Shown in pieces: positions 40,029-53,500 of a stretch of 64,000 nucleotides of DNA. Under the pieces are notes generated by a model. It did no database searches and had not been told where the DNA came from. It saw only the letters and a program-made list of their open reading frames with translations. The stretch is from Haliotis rubra (lineage: Eukaryota). How positions within the stretch are numbered: position 1 is the first letter of the stretch; every line of letters starts with the position of its first letter. The stretch lies in assembly GCF_003918875.1 (NCBI RefSeq), contig NW_025767035.1:2728001-2792000 (forward strand), in the 5' to 3' direction. Both the position numbers and the translations under genes were made by a program.

Positions 40029-40199
40029 ACCGTAAATGATATTATTCTTTAATATAAGGAATAGGGAGAAGGAGGGGGTGATCAAAGGCACGTCTGCTGT
40101 GAGATTTCCACGAACTTAATATTCCCTCGCAGTTGCCGAAGCAGACTAGACGGGCATAATACTGGTCTGACCTTTCGCAAGTTAGTCCACCCAGACAGC

Positions 40200-40600
40200 C
40201 GTAGCCATAATCTTTCCAATTGGTGAACAGACTTCGAATTTTCTGGTTTTGATAGTGGTAAGCCCAAGATTCCTCCGTGGTCAAAGGTCGCTCAGCAAAT
40301 CACCCGGGTCTGGTTTAAAACGACGTAAATATTCACGAGAGATGATAAACCTGGGTCGTTTCTGGTCAGGAGTCGGAAACCTTGGAACCCAGCGTGCCGA
40401 AACCTTTGTCGAGCCCAGTGCATTCCTCAGAGTCTTCCTCGGATGATACGGATTGTATTGAATAGTGAATACATCATCCATAATCATATAATGTATTTTA
40501 TCAACAAAATGCTTCATTGTGATAGATGAAGGTCTCCATGATCTTCGAGGATCTTCCTTTCCGTAAGGAGCACTAACCGAGCACGTTTTGCGTTTGTTTC
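40200..40600 (-). pseudogene. Tc1/mariner transposase remnant
   Basis: KIHYMIMDD..LGSTKVSARWVPRFPTPDQKRPR..TTEESWAYHY (WVPREL- and TGDETW-like motifs). Confidence 0.8.
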
Positions 40601-40849
40601 CAAGTCTGCTAAACAACTGTTGTTTTCTGATTGACTGGTTCTGGAATGAGCGGACATTGTGTTGCATTAACTGTATAATGTCTATGCCTTCTCATTGTTT
40701 CGTTGTTTTGATGATCGAATAAGAATTCTGAGACGTTAAAATTGTTGACGTTTACTATTATAAGAACTGATTTGACAATGGCGCTATAAACGTCAAAATC
40801 GGTAGCATACTGTGTACATCCGCATAGTCTATAACTAAAACAGCAAGAC

Positions 40850-42040
40850 CTTTTGAAGTATTTACCAACGCTAATGAAATTGTTTCGTATACTTTATCAT
40901 CCTTGTAGGACCCTTGTAGGACCCAAACATTCTGAGAACAATCCACTAAACTCGTTCATTAAATTGGTGGAAATGATTTAGTTCAGTAAAGAGGATACGG
41001 CTTTATCATTCTTGTAGAATCCACAGGGGCTTGTAACGCTAAAAACTGCCATCAAGGTATGTACTGTCACTGACGGGGTCTTAGCACTATATAAAAGGAT
41101 TCCGTCAGTGACAGTACATACCTTGATGGCAGTTTTTAGCGTTACAAGCCCCTGTTCCTTGTATATAGTGCTAAGACCCCGTCAGTGACAGGGCATACCT
41201 TGGTGGCAGTTTTTAGCGTTACAAGCCCCTGTGGTAGAATCTTCTTTTACCCAAACATTCTGAGAACAATCCACTAAACTCGTTCATTAAATTGGTGAAG
41301 AGGATTTAGTTCACCAAAGAGGATACGGCTTTATCATTCTTGTAGATACCTTCTTTTACTCAAACATTCTGGGAATAGTGCACTACACTCGTTCATTAAA
41401 TTGGTGAAAAGATTTAGTTCACTAAAAGAGGATACGGCTTTATCATTCTTGTAGAACCTTCTTTTACCCAAACATTCTGAGAACAATCCACTAAACTCGT
41501 TCATTAAATTGGTGAAGAGGATTTAGTTCACCAAAGAGGATACGGCTTTATCATTCTTGTAGATACCTTCTTTTACTCAAACATTCTGGGAATAGTGCAC
41601 TACACTCGTTCATTAAATTGGTGAAAAGATTTAGTTCACTAAAAGAGGATACGGCTTTATCATTCTAGTAGAACCTTCTTTTACCCAAACATTCTGAGAA
41701 CAATCCACTAAACTCGTTCATTAAATTGGTGAAGAGATTTAGTTCACCAAAGAGGATACGGCTTTATCATTCTTGTAGATACCTTCTTTTACCCAAACAT
41801 TCTGAGAACAATCCACTAAACTCGTTCATTAAATTGGTGAAGAGTTTTAGTTCACTAAAAGAGGATACGGCTTTATCATTCTTGTAGAACCTTCTTTTAC
41901 CCAAACATTCTGAGAACAATCCACTAAACTCGTTCATTAAATTGGTGAAGAGGATTTAGTTCACCAAAGAGGATACGGCTTTATCATTCTTGTAGAACCT
42001 TCTTTTACCCAAACATTCTGGGAATAGTGCACTACACTCA
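40850..42040. repeat. 108-109-bp satellite, about 9 units, interrupted by a MITE
   Basis: CAAACATTCTG recurs at 41252, 41361, 41469, 41578, 41686 and onward. Confidence 0.93.
41022..41233. mobile_element. Fold-back MITE (P- or hAT-like) inserted in a satellite
   Basis: CACAGGGGCTTGTAACGC.. / ..GCGTTACAAGCCCCTGTG termini; 8-bp TSD GTAGAATC at 41014-21 and 41234-41. Confidence 0.85.
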
Positions 42041-42479
42041 ATATTGTATAAGTATAACTGTCTATATTCACCATGATATGTAGGAGTGAGCTGCGGGTGC
42101 TGTCTACGCCCCCTGATATCGAGTGACTGTATAAACTACTGTAGTTAGTTGCTGACAGCTGTGTAAGCCTGATCCAGGTGTTCATGTAGCAGTACATACA
42201 TGATTAGCTCTTGGCTTAAGGCATAGAAGATAGTAATACACAATCGGAGTGCCTAATTTCCACAGCAGACAGGGCGAAGGCAGAAACACATACACATTCT
42301 GGTAGCGCGTTATATACAATACCTCGAACCTGCATAATGTTGTCATAGTACAAATATTTGATTAATATTTCACATATAAAACTGTAATAAATATGATATT
42401 CAAACAGTCATCTATTGCCTATAATATGTCTGGCGGCATGGGTTTTTTTTGCAACCGAAGTGAATTATTCTCTTATGTG

Positions 42480-42880
42480 TAAGGAGGTTCTGCATAACTA
42501 CATTGGTACATTTGTGAATTTATAAATTTCGAATATCATATTCATTATATTTTTTATTTAGAAACGGGTAGATGTATAAATAAGCCAAAGGCTTAAGATT
42601 GTGTGAAATGTGTTCCTGTAACTGTAGAAAATGAGTACCCCTTCTTATAGATATGTACTGGTTATGATGATCTACGTAAACGTTTTATCCCTGTTGATGT
42701 TTTCACCCATCCAACCTTGTGTAAATTTAATCGACTGATGTGTAATGCTACGCCTCTGATTATAAGAAATCTTGCCATGTTCATCTTCTACGCTAACAAT
42801 CGACGTCGCTGCAGCTTGAAGGCTGCTAATGTATAATTTTGTATCATGAGCCGATGGCCTACATTCACATGAATAAAGAA
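42480..42880 (+). mobile_element. LINE 3' end (RTEX-like zinc-knuckle region)
   Basis: ETGR..C..C..VENEYPF..C.GYDDLRKRFI..RNLAMFIFYA, then AATAAA at about 42872. Confidence 0.6.
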
Positions 42881-43223
42881 TTGGAATATTTTTATATATG
42901 AAATATCAATCAAATATACTCACAGAAACAAATAGGGGAACACATGAAAGTACAAGTGTTCCTTTATTTATTTCCCAGAATTTCACCCACAGTGCAATAC
43001 ATACCTTGTGAAGAAACCTGGAAAAGAATAAAGGGACACTTGTACTTTCACGTGTTCCCTTATTCGTTTCCATGAGTATATATATATATATTTGCACTAT
43101 GACTTTATGCCGGATGGTCGGTCACCAACCATGCTTTATAAAAAGGCTACTCTTAAGACAACATGGGATTGGATTGGCATCAGTCGTCAGTATTACCCTC
43201 TCAATGAAAGGACACACGTTTCG

Positions 43224-43390
43224 GGGGGCGCTGGGGTAGCCTAGTGGTTAAAGCGATCGCTCGTCACACCGAAGACGCGGGTTCGATTCCCCACATGGGC
43301 AAATGTGTGAAGCCCATTTCTGATGTCCCCTGCCGTGATATTGCTGGAATATTGCTAAAAGCGGCGAAAATCAAACTCACTCACTCACTC
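43224..43390 (+). mobile_element. SINE family 1
   Basis: Full length; TSD ACACACGTTTCG. Confidence 0.9.
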
Positions 43391-44832
43391 ACACACGTTT
43401 CGACGACTCTGTTCTGGTGGTAGACCCGTGGGCGGACAGCAAGAGAAGATTAGGGGCTTCTGGGTAATATGAAGTTATACATCTCCCTAACTTTTCATTC
43501 ACATCATTGATGAAAATGGTTATCTTCAGACAGGAAATTATCAAAGAACTGAAATTAATCATGTTGAAATTGAAGGCTACAGATTGTCACGAACCTGACA
43601 CTGATGTGTCCCTTGACGCTGGCTCTGCTGTAGACATGGCACCACAAATCAACATTCGGCATGGCGCTGTCATCACAGGGTTAGGAAACTCCATGCATCC
43701 TAATGCGAGGTCCAGTCTTGCGGGCGCCTCTAGAACGGGTAATCAAAACCAAACAGATTCAGAACAGTATTCTAAAAACTAGAAAAGGTGAATATAAAGA
43801 CAACACTGTATTGTATAAAGTCTTAAATAATCAAATGCACGCTGTCGTAGCCTAGTGTTGAAAGCATTGAATAAAATAAAAGAGACAAAACTCTTTCCAC
43901 ATTCATAAGAAATATCTGCTAAAAGCAGAGTCGATTGTAAGTTGTGACTCTATCCTTGTTCCAGCAGTATTACAGCTGTACGATGCTGTTTGTGAACAAG
44001 CCACGCCAAAGACCCAGGAGCTGGGTTCGATTCCAATAATGGTCATGGGAGGAATATTTAAACGGCGGCTGATAACGTGATAATGACTGGTCAAGTGACC
44101 CCTTTTTGAAAAACCATACCGTGTATTATAGATGCTTGAAACTTTACAGTGTCACTACAATTACCCCAAACCAAACCCACTTTACAGCCATTTGAAGTTA
44201 AGTAAAGGTCAACCCTTCGGAGATTTTAACTATTATTGATCTATTATGATTGAAGTTATGTTATTTCTTTGTCTGTTTATCTCCGCACTCAGCAATATTC
44301 CAACTATGTGGCGGAGGTTGCAAATAGTCGACTCAGTATCAGACAATCAAGTGATCAACGGCACGAGCATAGCTTTGCGCAACTGGGATACGATGACATG
44401 TGCCAACCAAGTCAGGGAACCTGACCCCCCGATCCTGTTAGTCGCCTCTTACGACACGCATGGGTCCCTGAATGCCAATGCTAACCGAATCGTCACGGGT
44501 TTTACAATTCAAAACCAATATTGAAAACCCCTAACAGTATGACAGGAAGGACAGCTGTACTCTCAAGACAGAACAACACGCTAGTGGAAAAATATGAGAC
44601 AAAGAGTACAAACAGATACGAAAAACAGAGAGGTCTACGCCCATACCTTTAAGCTGACTAAAGTGTGGCTGAACAATTCCCCAAATTGCAAATACTTATC
44701 GAGTAAGGTACTACTTCTGTGACTGCATAGAGGAAACTAGTATTTCGAAATTTATAATCGTATTTCCGTTACGATCTGAATTCCACGAATCTATATTGTA
44801 ACCTTCTGGTGCTGTTGGATTTGAGAAAGAGT

Positions 44833-45120
44833 ATCATCATCATCATCATCATCATCATCATGAAAACATTTATATAGCGCCAATACCAGTCCAAAAGTAC
44901 TGCTCAGTAGTGCTCTATGAACAACTCAAGAATGAAAAGTTAGACACTGTATGTTTTCTTAAAAAGGTATGTCTTCAGTTTGGATTTGAAAATCTTCAGG
45001 TTGTTATTTGTCCTTAACTCCAGTGGAAGTTGATTCTAGAGAGTGGGTCCTGCCACCTGAAATGATCGATCCCCAAACCTGGTGCTGGACTTAAAGCGTT
45101 GGACAGCAAGAAGACCAAGT
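44833..45120 (-). mobile_element. L2/CR1-type LINE 3' end with (TGA)n tail
   Basis: FGDRSFQVAGPTL*NQLPLELR..FKSKLKTYLF, then GCGCTATATAAAT and a microsatellite tail. Confidence 0.75.
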
Positions 45121-45613
45121 ATAAGGGAAATAAGATTATTTCTATTCACATATCGGATCTAAATCTAAACTGTTTTGCTGCTAGTTTCAGCTGTGCGGTG
45201 TTATTTGATAGCTTTACGTGTAAAGGGATTCAAGTAGCTTGTGTGGATCATGTGTGGATCAAGCACGACAGCAATCGGCACGCTCTCGGCGGTTGTCGAC
45301 GAGCACCCTTTCATCTGTCCATATTCCACTTCCGAATGGCATTCTCTTCACGGATATTATGCTGACTGCAAAACCGCATGTCGCTTAGTGTTAATGCATT
45401 GTACACATCCAAACACAAACCGCAAGCTGGGCCAGCTCAAAGCAAAGGTAATTGTGATACATTTTAATGAAAGCAAATTGTCTAGTCCAGACTCTATTAT
45501 TTACAGTTGTCATATAGCTAGAGTATTTCTAACTGAAACAAATGAAAACAGCAACATATGGTTGTATTAGACCTAATCATAACCTTTAACTGTATTGTGT
45601 ATTAATGAGTATT

Positions 45614-45776
45614 GGGGCGGTGGGGTAGCCACGTGGTTAAAGCGTTTGCTCGTCACGCCGAAGACCCGGGGTCGTTTCCCCACATGGGCACAATGTGTGA
45701 AGCCCATTTCTGGTGTCCCCCGCCGTGATATTGCTGGAATATTGCTAAAAGCCGCGTAAAACCAAACTCACTCACT
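45614..45776 (+). mobile_element. SINE family 1
   Basis: Aligns to the other copies; further partial or decayed copies at about 9493-9633(+), 27715-27773(+), 47517-47618(+), 49890-49983(-), 54550-54710(-). Confidence 0.85.
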
Positions 45777-46867
45777 AATAAAGTGTATTACCTCATATAT
45801 GCAAATCATGTACATCATAACAAAATACAATCAAACAATCATTTATATGAAACTCTATACGAGCATACCACTTGGAATTGGTCCTGTCAGTCAGAAAAAT
45901 AACCTCATCTCCTACTCCAACGACAAACCACTTGGCGGAGCATGAACGGAGTCAAACGAAGTTTACCGAATGTTGCTTGTTAGAGAGCGGAGCAGTACTC
46001 CCACGCTGTCTGTCCGATCACAGTCGACGCTCTACAAAGGCTACTTTGTTGTCCATTAAACGATCAAATGGCTGGACAATATGACCGGGATGCCCGTCAG
46101 AGATTGATGATCAAGTGAAAGGGATTCTGCATCGATTGACAAGATGTTGACAGGCCGTGGTGACAGTTTGGTTAGGTCTGGAAAAGCTTAGACGAATCTG
46201 GTACGAAAGTGGCGTCCGTAATTGGCGTAATTAGTAAACGATCTACCTACAGACAGATTAAAAGCCAAAATAGCATCAACGACGTCTGAAACTTCAACAC
46301 CTTTAATGACTTAATCACTAAGTTATTTTCTTTTTATACTTATTACTTCGGTTGCATTTCGATTCAATTCACTTAGAGCACTTTCATGTCTCAAGTAGGT
46401 GATCGTAGATAGGAAATCAAACAGTATAATGTTTTATGTTTCTATTCAACTGCTAGTTTAGACATGATATGTGAACCAAGTTAATCCCCCCTAAATTGCC
46501 ATTATGGGAAATATAACGGTGGGACGTACAGTGATTACGTCACAACTAATAGTAAAGGGGCTATATTACAATTGCCCGTGAATATATCAAACTTGACTTA
46601 TATTAGGATTATATTACAATCCGTTAAGTGAATGTCTAACAGTTTCCCGAAAAGTATAATAACAGTTTTCCGTAAAGTGAATGTATCAAAGCTTCCCGTG
46701 AAATGAATATATCACACTTGCCAGCAAAGCATTCATACAGGTCTGTAAAGAGAATGTATCACAGGTTCCCGTAAAGTGAAAAGATCACAGTTTTCCGTAA
46801 AGTGAATATTTCACGGTTGTCAAAATGAAATGTTTGAAACAGTATATCTTATTGGCTTCCAACGTCA

Positions 46868-47368
46868 TGTGAAGTCAATACATCGAGAAGTCTGTAAACT
46901 CCGTGCATCAGAGTTACTTGTAAAGTCAGTACATCGAGAAGTCTGTAAACGCCGTGCATCAGAGTTACTTGTAAAGTCAATACATCGAGAAATCTGTAAA
47001 CTCGTGCATCAGGGTTGCCTGTAAAGTCAGTACATCGAGAAGTCTGTAAACTCCGTGCATCAGAGTTAATTGTAAAGTCAGTACATCGAGAAGTTTGTAA
47101 ACACCGTGCATCAGAGTTACTTGTAAAGTCAGTACATCGAGAAGTCTGTAAACTCGTGCATCAGAGTTACTTGTAAAATCAGTACATCGAGAAATCTGTA
47201 AACTCGTGCATCAGAGTTACTTGTAAAGTCAGTACATCGAGAAGTCTGTAAACTCGTGCATCAGAGTTGCCTGTAAAGTCAGTACATCGAGAAGTCTGTA
47301 AACTCGTGCATCAGAGTTGCCTGTAAAGTCAGTACATCGAGAAGTCTGTAAACTCGTGCATCAGAGTG
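46868..47368. repeat. 50-51-bp tandem repeat, about 10 units
   Basis: GTAAAGTCAGTACATCGAGAAGTCTGTAAACTC(C)GTGCATCAGAGTTACTT. Confidence 0.93.
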
Positions 47369-50164
47369 TGGCGTTAAACAACGAACAGTCAAAGACATAG
47401 GAACAGGCCTACTCGTCTAACGCGATGACTAGAGAGCAGCTGGGCATTGGTGACCCGCCATCTCAAGTTTCCACTAAAACTGTAATCATGGGTTTGTCAG
47501 CTCCACATCCCTGCAAGGGGCGATGGGGTAGCCTAGTGTTTAAAGCATTCGCTCGTCACGCCGAAGACCCGGGTTCGATTCCCCACATGGGTACAATGTG
47601 TGAAGCCCATTTCTGGTGCAGGAATTGCGGGATGTTAGACGACCAGGCCACTCTCAACCAGATCCCCCACCCCACACCACCCACCCTAGAGCGTAGTACC
47701 ATGGCCTCTGAAGCATCTCACGGCAGTAAATATTGACACATGTCAAGTTCGTAAACCGATGCTCATGCCGTTGGTCACTGGCCTGTCTGGTCCAGACCGC
47801 CGCCATGTACCTGGAGTATCTAGGTGAGTACGGAGTTAAAAAAGATATTGACACATTTAGATTATACCGGGTGTCAACACCATAATGAATAAAAAGGCCT
47901 GAAAAGTTTCAATGACAAAAAATACTACTTCCCCAACATGTATCGCCCCCGCTGTGTTTACCATTACTCCTGCTATCGACCAGTGGCATACCGGGACAAT
48001 ACCTACATGTACGGCCGCTGTGATACAGCTGGTATTCTGTAAACAACGCCCTGTTGACGTTCATATCATATTCCTGACAGCATCATCGGCATTACGGCGC
48101 ATCGAGAAGCACTTTGTCCACAGGGAACAGGTAACCTTTTCAAATTGATTTGATCGCGACACAAGTAGCAACTGTTATGCATCAAATGTAATTACAATTC
48201 CCCGGAGACAGATCGCTTTTCTTTCCCAATGGTAATTCGATTTTAAGTTGCGCACAACACGCAAACATAATTTGCAATCTTATTTACTTCAGTCTGATTT
48301 AAGACAATCCCTGACTTGGTTAAGAGCCTGGAAATAAGCAGGGTGCCTTGTCCGTGTCTTTTGTTTACGAAAGTCTAATTACACGTGAAACTCATTCCCA
48401 AACTTTCCTGGAAGATGTGAAAAAAACGAATTACATGTTTTTTGCACTGAAATCTCTGTTTAAAGTGGGAAGCCTTTCAGTTTAAGCTGGATGCATAACA
48501 CAGCCTTGGGCAGTATTTTAGTCGACAGCGTGGGTGGAAGGAACGCTGAAGGTAGCCAAACCCTTAGATGTTTACTTTGGTGAAGCAATCAATCCTTCAG
48601 ATGTTTACTTTGGTGAAACCAAGATTTGTGCTGACAGATTTGATATGGCTGATACAGAATTCGATTTCAGAATCCTGGCTTCTAGCAAAGGGGCTGTCCA
48701 GGTAGCAGTTCCTCCCGTTCCCCCATCCCAAATAATATTTATAAATATATTAAAATTATTAACAAATCTTAACACAACCATTACTAGAGAACTCACAAAA
48801 TGACTAAAAGTCCAAAGGTTTAGGGTTAGGCATAGAGTTAGGTTTAGGGTTGGGGGAACGGAAGAAGCTCTTTCCGCGGCCCACCCTGGGAACCTGAGTT
48901 TTGTGGTCTCTTCACCATTGTGCCAGCCCCGCTCNNNNNNNNNNNNNNNNNNNNNNNNNNNNNNNNNNNNNNNNNNNNNNNNNNNNNNNNNNNNNNNNNN
49001 NNNNNNNNNNNNNNNNNNNNNNNNNNNNNNNNNNNNNNNNNNNNNNNNNNNNNNNNNNNNNNNNNNNNNNNNNNNNNNNNNNNNNNNNNNNNNNNNNNNN
49101 NNNNNNNNNNNNNNNNNNNNNNNNNNNNNNNNNNNNNNNNNNNNNNNNNNNNNNNNNNNNNNNNNNNNNNNNNNNNNNNNNNNNNNNNNNNNNNNNNNNN
49201 NNNNNNNNNNNNNNNNNNNNNNNNNNNNNNNNNNNNNNNNNNNNNNNNNNNNNNNNNNNNNNNNNNNNNNNNNNNNNGCTTCATATAGAATATCTTTTCA
49301 AGTACACTGATCAAGATTTAATTCTTAATTACAGTATAATATATAATGTCAGTTTGCTCAACCAAGTCTATAAGATATGGATCTATTATCGTAATCAACA
49401 AAACCAGAATTTCAAGAAGACATTTAATGTTATTGATTTGATTAAAGCTCAGGGTCTTTTTAATGTCATTACTCTATAAGGTAACTGTCAGTAAATGGTA
49501 AAATCACGAACAATGCTGGCTGATTAATCAGTGCAATAAACAAATGCAATTATCTAGTGGTGCTGGGTCCGATATTTTACGAGCGCTTCCATATATATTT
49601 CATGACCTCGGAAAAGAGCTCATGCAAAACAGCTTCTAAACATCCAACCTATGAGATCTGGATGACCTGTTTCTCCGATGTCAGCATTCTGTGTGGTTAA
49701 ATGTCTAGTACTGGTGTTTAATATACCATGTGTATAACGCTTTCTTCATCATAAGTATTTAGTCCCTCTGGGTCTCACTGCATGGTTATACAGCAGTCAT
49801 GCCGTTTTTCAGCTTTGTGGCTTCTGCGACCCAGTCAAACATGAAAGGAGTGAAGACATACTACTCCAAAGAAGTTACAGGACATCCGCGTGAGTGAGTG
49901 AGTGGGTGAGTGAGGATTTACGCCGCTTTTAGCAATATTCCAGTAATATCACGGTGGGAGACACAAGAAATGGGCTTCACACCCAGTCACTATTGATATC
50001 ACTTAAAATGAAATGTTAGAGTAACTTTGAAAGCAACAAAAACAATGGTTATTTGTTATTTCTGTATGAGTAGTATACAAATGGTCTTGCCCTGAGGTCA
50101 CATCACTGGATCTTTTAGCCCCGGAAAGTAAAAATATGAAAACCTGGGTCAATATATACATGAC

Positions 50165-50170
50165 TTTATT
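50165..50170 (-). promoter_or_regulatory. Putative CEBPZ polyadenylation signal AATAAA
   Basis: tttatt on the + strand, about 135 nt downstream of the stop codon. Confidence 0.6.
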
Positions 50171-50304
50171 CACAAAGTGTTTTGTACACATATCTCACAG
50201 TACAATACAGTGACAATGCCCTGTCGTCACTGTTAGTCATAACATAACAACCACATGACGGAAATACTTCAACAGCTGATAAACAATGACAGTCACACCA
50301 ATCA

Positions 50305-50531
50305 CTACTTTTTCCCTGGTTTCTTCTTCCCCCCCTTAGACTTGAATCCCCCTTTAGACTTGACTCCCCCTTTTGGCTTGAAGTTTCCCTTAGACTTGAC
50401 TCCCCCCTTAGACTTGACTCCCCCTTTTGGCTTGAAGTTTCCCTTGCCCCCCTTCTGTCCCCGCCGAGACTTCCAGGAGTCCCCCTTGATCCACTGGTCC
50501 CTCCGAGCCTCCCACTTGAGCTGCTTTGCAC
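50305..50531 (-). CDS. CEBPZ: CEBPZ terminal coding exon (AKQLKWEARRDQW...KGG repeats...KK*)
   Basis: ttacag acceptor; TAG stop at 50307-50305; 227 nt. Confidence 0.92.
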
Positions 50532-53500
50532 CTGTAACAGAGGGGCGAGGAGGAGGTCAGCAAGCACCATAACAACATGCCTCACATATGAAAGTATCAC
50601 CTACCCGGGTCATTTTTTACATGTTAATTTATAAAGATTTTTCAGAATTCAACTCATGTTATCTATAAGTTCTTCAAGTTACAGGTTCACCTCCTCTTCA
50701 TCCGGTTTGGAGAAAATGTTTAAACATGAACAAGTCTTCAAAATTTAGTCTTAGGACTTGTATACTAAATTCAGGCAAGTCAGATATGAATGTCCTGGCG
50801 TGAGGCTAGATAGATGACTGCTGTCAACTTACTTGAGTTGTCTGTGTTGGACATGTCGTGGGTGCCCCCTGCCAGCAGGGCCTGACCCCCACCCCCCTCA
50901 GTGTCCAGCAGGTGGGAGAACTCCTCCGCCGCAGCAAACAGACTCCCACTGTCGTGTCTGGAAACATGATGAATATACATCAACAACTAGCCATTTGCTA
51001 ACAAGAAGAATAACTAAAATCTCTTTTTCGTTCACTTCACTGATTGGATCAACCCATGAAGATCCATGTTAGAATTGGTCTTCAGCAACCCATGCTTGTA
51101 AGAGACGACTAACGGGATCAGGTGGTCAGGCTCACTGACTTGGTTGACATGTCATTGTATCCCAATTGCCTTGATCGATGCTCATGATGTTGATCACTGG
51201 ATTGTCTGGAGCAGACTCGATTATTTACAAACTGCCGCCATATAGCTGGAATATTGCAGAGTGTGGCGTTAAACAACAGCCAACAAATCAACCTGACGGA
51301 ATCACAGACAAAAGCTGGATGTTTGGTTATTTGTTTGATCATACATCTGCCAACCTTATTTTCATCAATATTTGAAACTCACTTAGACTTGTCCTTCTTT
51401 CGTTTTCGCTGAGTGGGCATGAAGTCGTCTTCACCAATATCAGCTCCTCTCTTTCGACTACTCACACCTTCCAAGCCATCTGTAATTCACAAACATGACA
51501 AGTTGTCACCATTGCTGATCACACTTCACACAGGTTGTCTTACAGTTAACAACACCACACCTCCCCCGGGTGTTTCCACTCTCTATTATAACCATACAGG
51601 CCAGTAAATCACTTGGACAGGTAGATTTGGGGTCTGTCAGACCTTGTTTCCATCAGGAACAGGGATTTACCTAGCATTAGATCTAACACCTTGCAGTATA
51701 CACTGTCTCTGAAAGTTGTAGATTTACCGTTCCTAGCTTGGCATTTCCCAAAGGTCCAACACAAATGGATTAACAAGGGACGGTAATACACTACCACTGT
51801 CCAAACTGGCAGTATGGGAGACAGTAAGATAGAGGGCAAAATAAAACTATGTTTGGTTATGTAGTATTTCTGCATTCTCAACTCTCTCAATTTCTCAGTG
51901 AGTGGTTGATACAAAATCAATATGAACTAGGATTGCCTCCTGGGCAATACTGACAGTCTTCAGACTTCCCTATACACTCCCCGTGGCGATCTTTACTTAT
52001 ACTGTTTCTTTGGACCCTAACTGGAGTGTTGATGACAGTGTTATTGAGATTAATTTGGCCCTGATTCAATGCTGCGGACACAGACGGAATATTCACAAAC
52101 TGCAGAAAAACAAGCAGGAACGCACAGTCAAACAAAGGAATTGAGCAATATATACAGGCATATACAAGAAGAGAGATAACTGGTAAATGTTGCTAGTTAA
52201 GCGCAATGCTCTTTAGGCATTGGAAAAACCAGGAAGTGGGGATTGTTGCTAGATTTTATTGACGCTTCCTTCAGCTATCTGAACACTAACAAAATGCAAA
52301 ACATCCTAATGTTGGTGTCGTAATTGTGACGTAATTATTGAGTTTTACAGAACAATAATGTGAAGCAAAAATGTCTCCTGTTCAATTATCTACAGTTTGG
52401 TACCTTGAAAATTGAAATCCGATGTGTTTTCGCAGAGCTGTGACATTTTTATGAACCCTATGAAAATGCGTTTTGACAGAACTGACCAACTTCCAAAGGC
52501 GATAACTCCAAAAGTATAAAAGCTATCGACTAGTCTTTAGTAATCTATGTAGTCCCGAGTGCGGGCCTTACAACAATATATCAAACACATTTGCACTATT
52601 TGCCGTTCAGGAGAAGAAGATTATGAAACACAGGCACCCTCAAAACGTGCGGAAATGTGAAAAATCGTAATGTTTGTGTTTGTGTCGTAATTGTGACGTA
52701 ATTATTGATTATTACATAATAATAATGTGAAGCAAAACTATTTCCCATTTCATTATCTACAGTTTGGTACCTTAACCAACTTCCAAGGGCGATAACTCCA
52801 AAACTCTGTTCAAGATATCGACATGCCTTGAGCAATTTATGTAGTCCAGGGTGTGGGCTTTACAACGATATATCAAACACGATTGTACTATTCGCCGTTC
52901 AGGAGGAGAAGATTTTTAAACACAGGCACTGTCAAAACATGAAAATCGGCAAAAAATTCAGTTTTTCCAAACTTGCGGAAAATTTATTCTGCCGGTTAAC
53001 TTCTGCTATGCATTGAATCAATGGAGAATGATGTTGTCTACATAGAGTGAATTTTGCTCAGTTTATCTCTAGTAGTTTTTGAGATATTAAGGTGAACTGG
53101 ACTATGAACTGTGACTATGAATGAGTGAGTGAGTGACTTGGGTTTTACGCCGCTTTTAGAGATATTGAGGTGAACTGGACTATGAATGAGTGAGTGAGTG
53201 ACTTGGGTTTTACGCCGCTTTTAGCAATATTCCAGCAATATCACAGCGGGGGACACCAGAAATGCGCTTCACAATGTGCCCATGTGGGGAGTCGAACCTG
53301 GGTCTTTGGCGTGACGAGCAAACCACTAGGCTACCCCACGCTCCGAACTGGACTTGACTAGAGATAAATAGTATGATGACCATAAGCCTGTCCAAACATC
53401 ATATCACTCAAACAAAATATTCGTCCCTTGGCAGTATGAATCTTTAAAATGGACTCTGTCCCAGAATTCCCAGGGAATATTTCTTCCAATGTATTATTCA

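Noticed and set aside
43224-43300. tRNA genes
   Set aside because: The tRNA-like A/B boxes are SINE heads continuing into a SINE body and tail with TSDs.
1934-47368. CRISPR interpretation of the tandem arrays and the 16.2-17.0 kb hairpin array
   Set aside because: The context is eukaryotic, there are no cas genes, and units are head-to-tail or have related, irregular spacers rather than unique fixed-length ones.
48818-48855. TTAGGG-like repeats as a telomere or interstitial telomere
   Set aside because: Only a few degenerate units next to a gap, more likely internal to a small transposon.
48844-49479. ORFs crossing N-runs (also 1125-1578)
   Set aside because: Artefacts of assembly gaps.
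50166-50600. ORF-track proteins 50166..50600 and 50255..50572
   Set aside because: Wrong frame or strand over the true last CEBPZ exon.
51690-52150. Possible second tyrosine-recombinase remnant
   Set aside because: Only faint motif resemblance; not supportable without a search.
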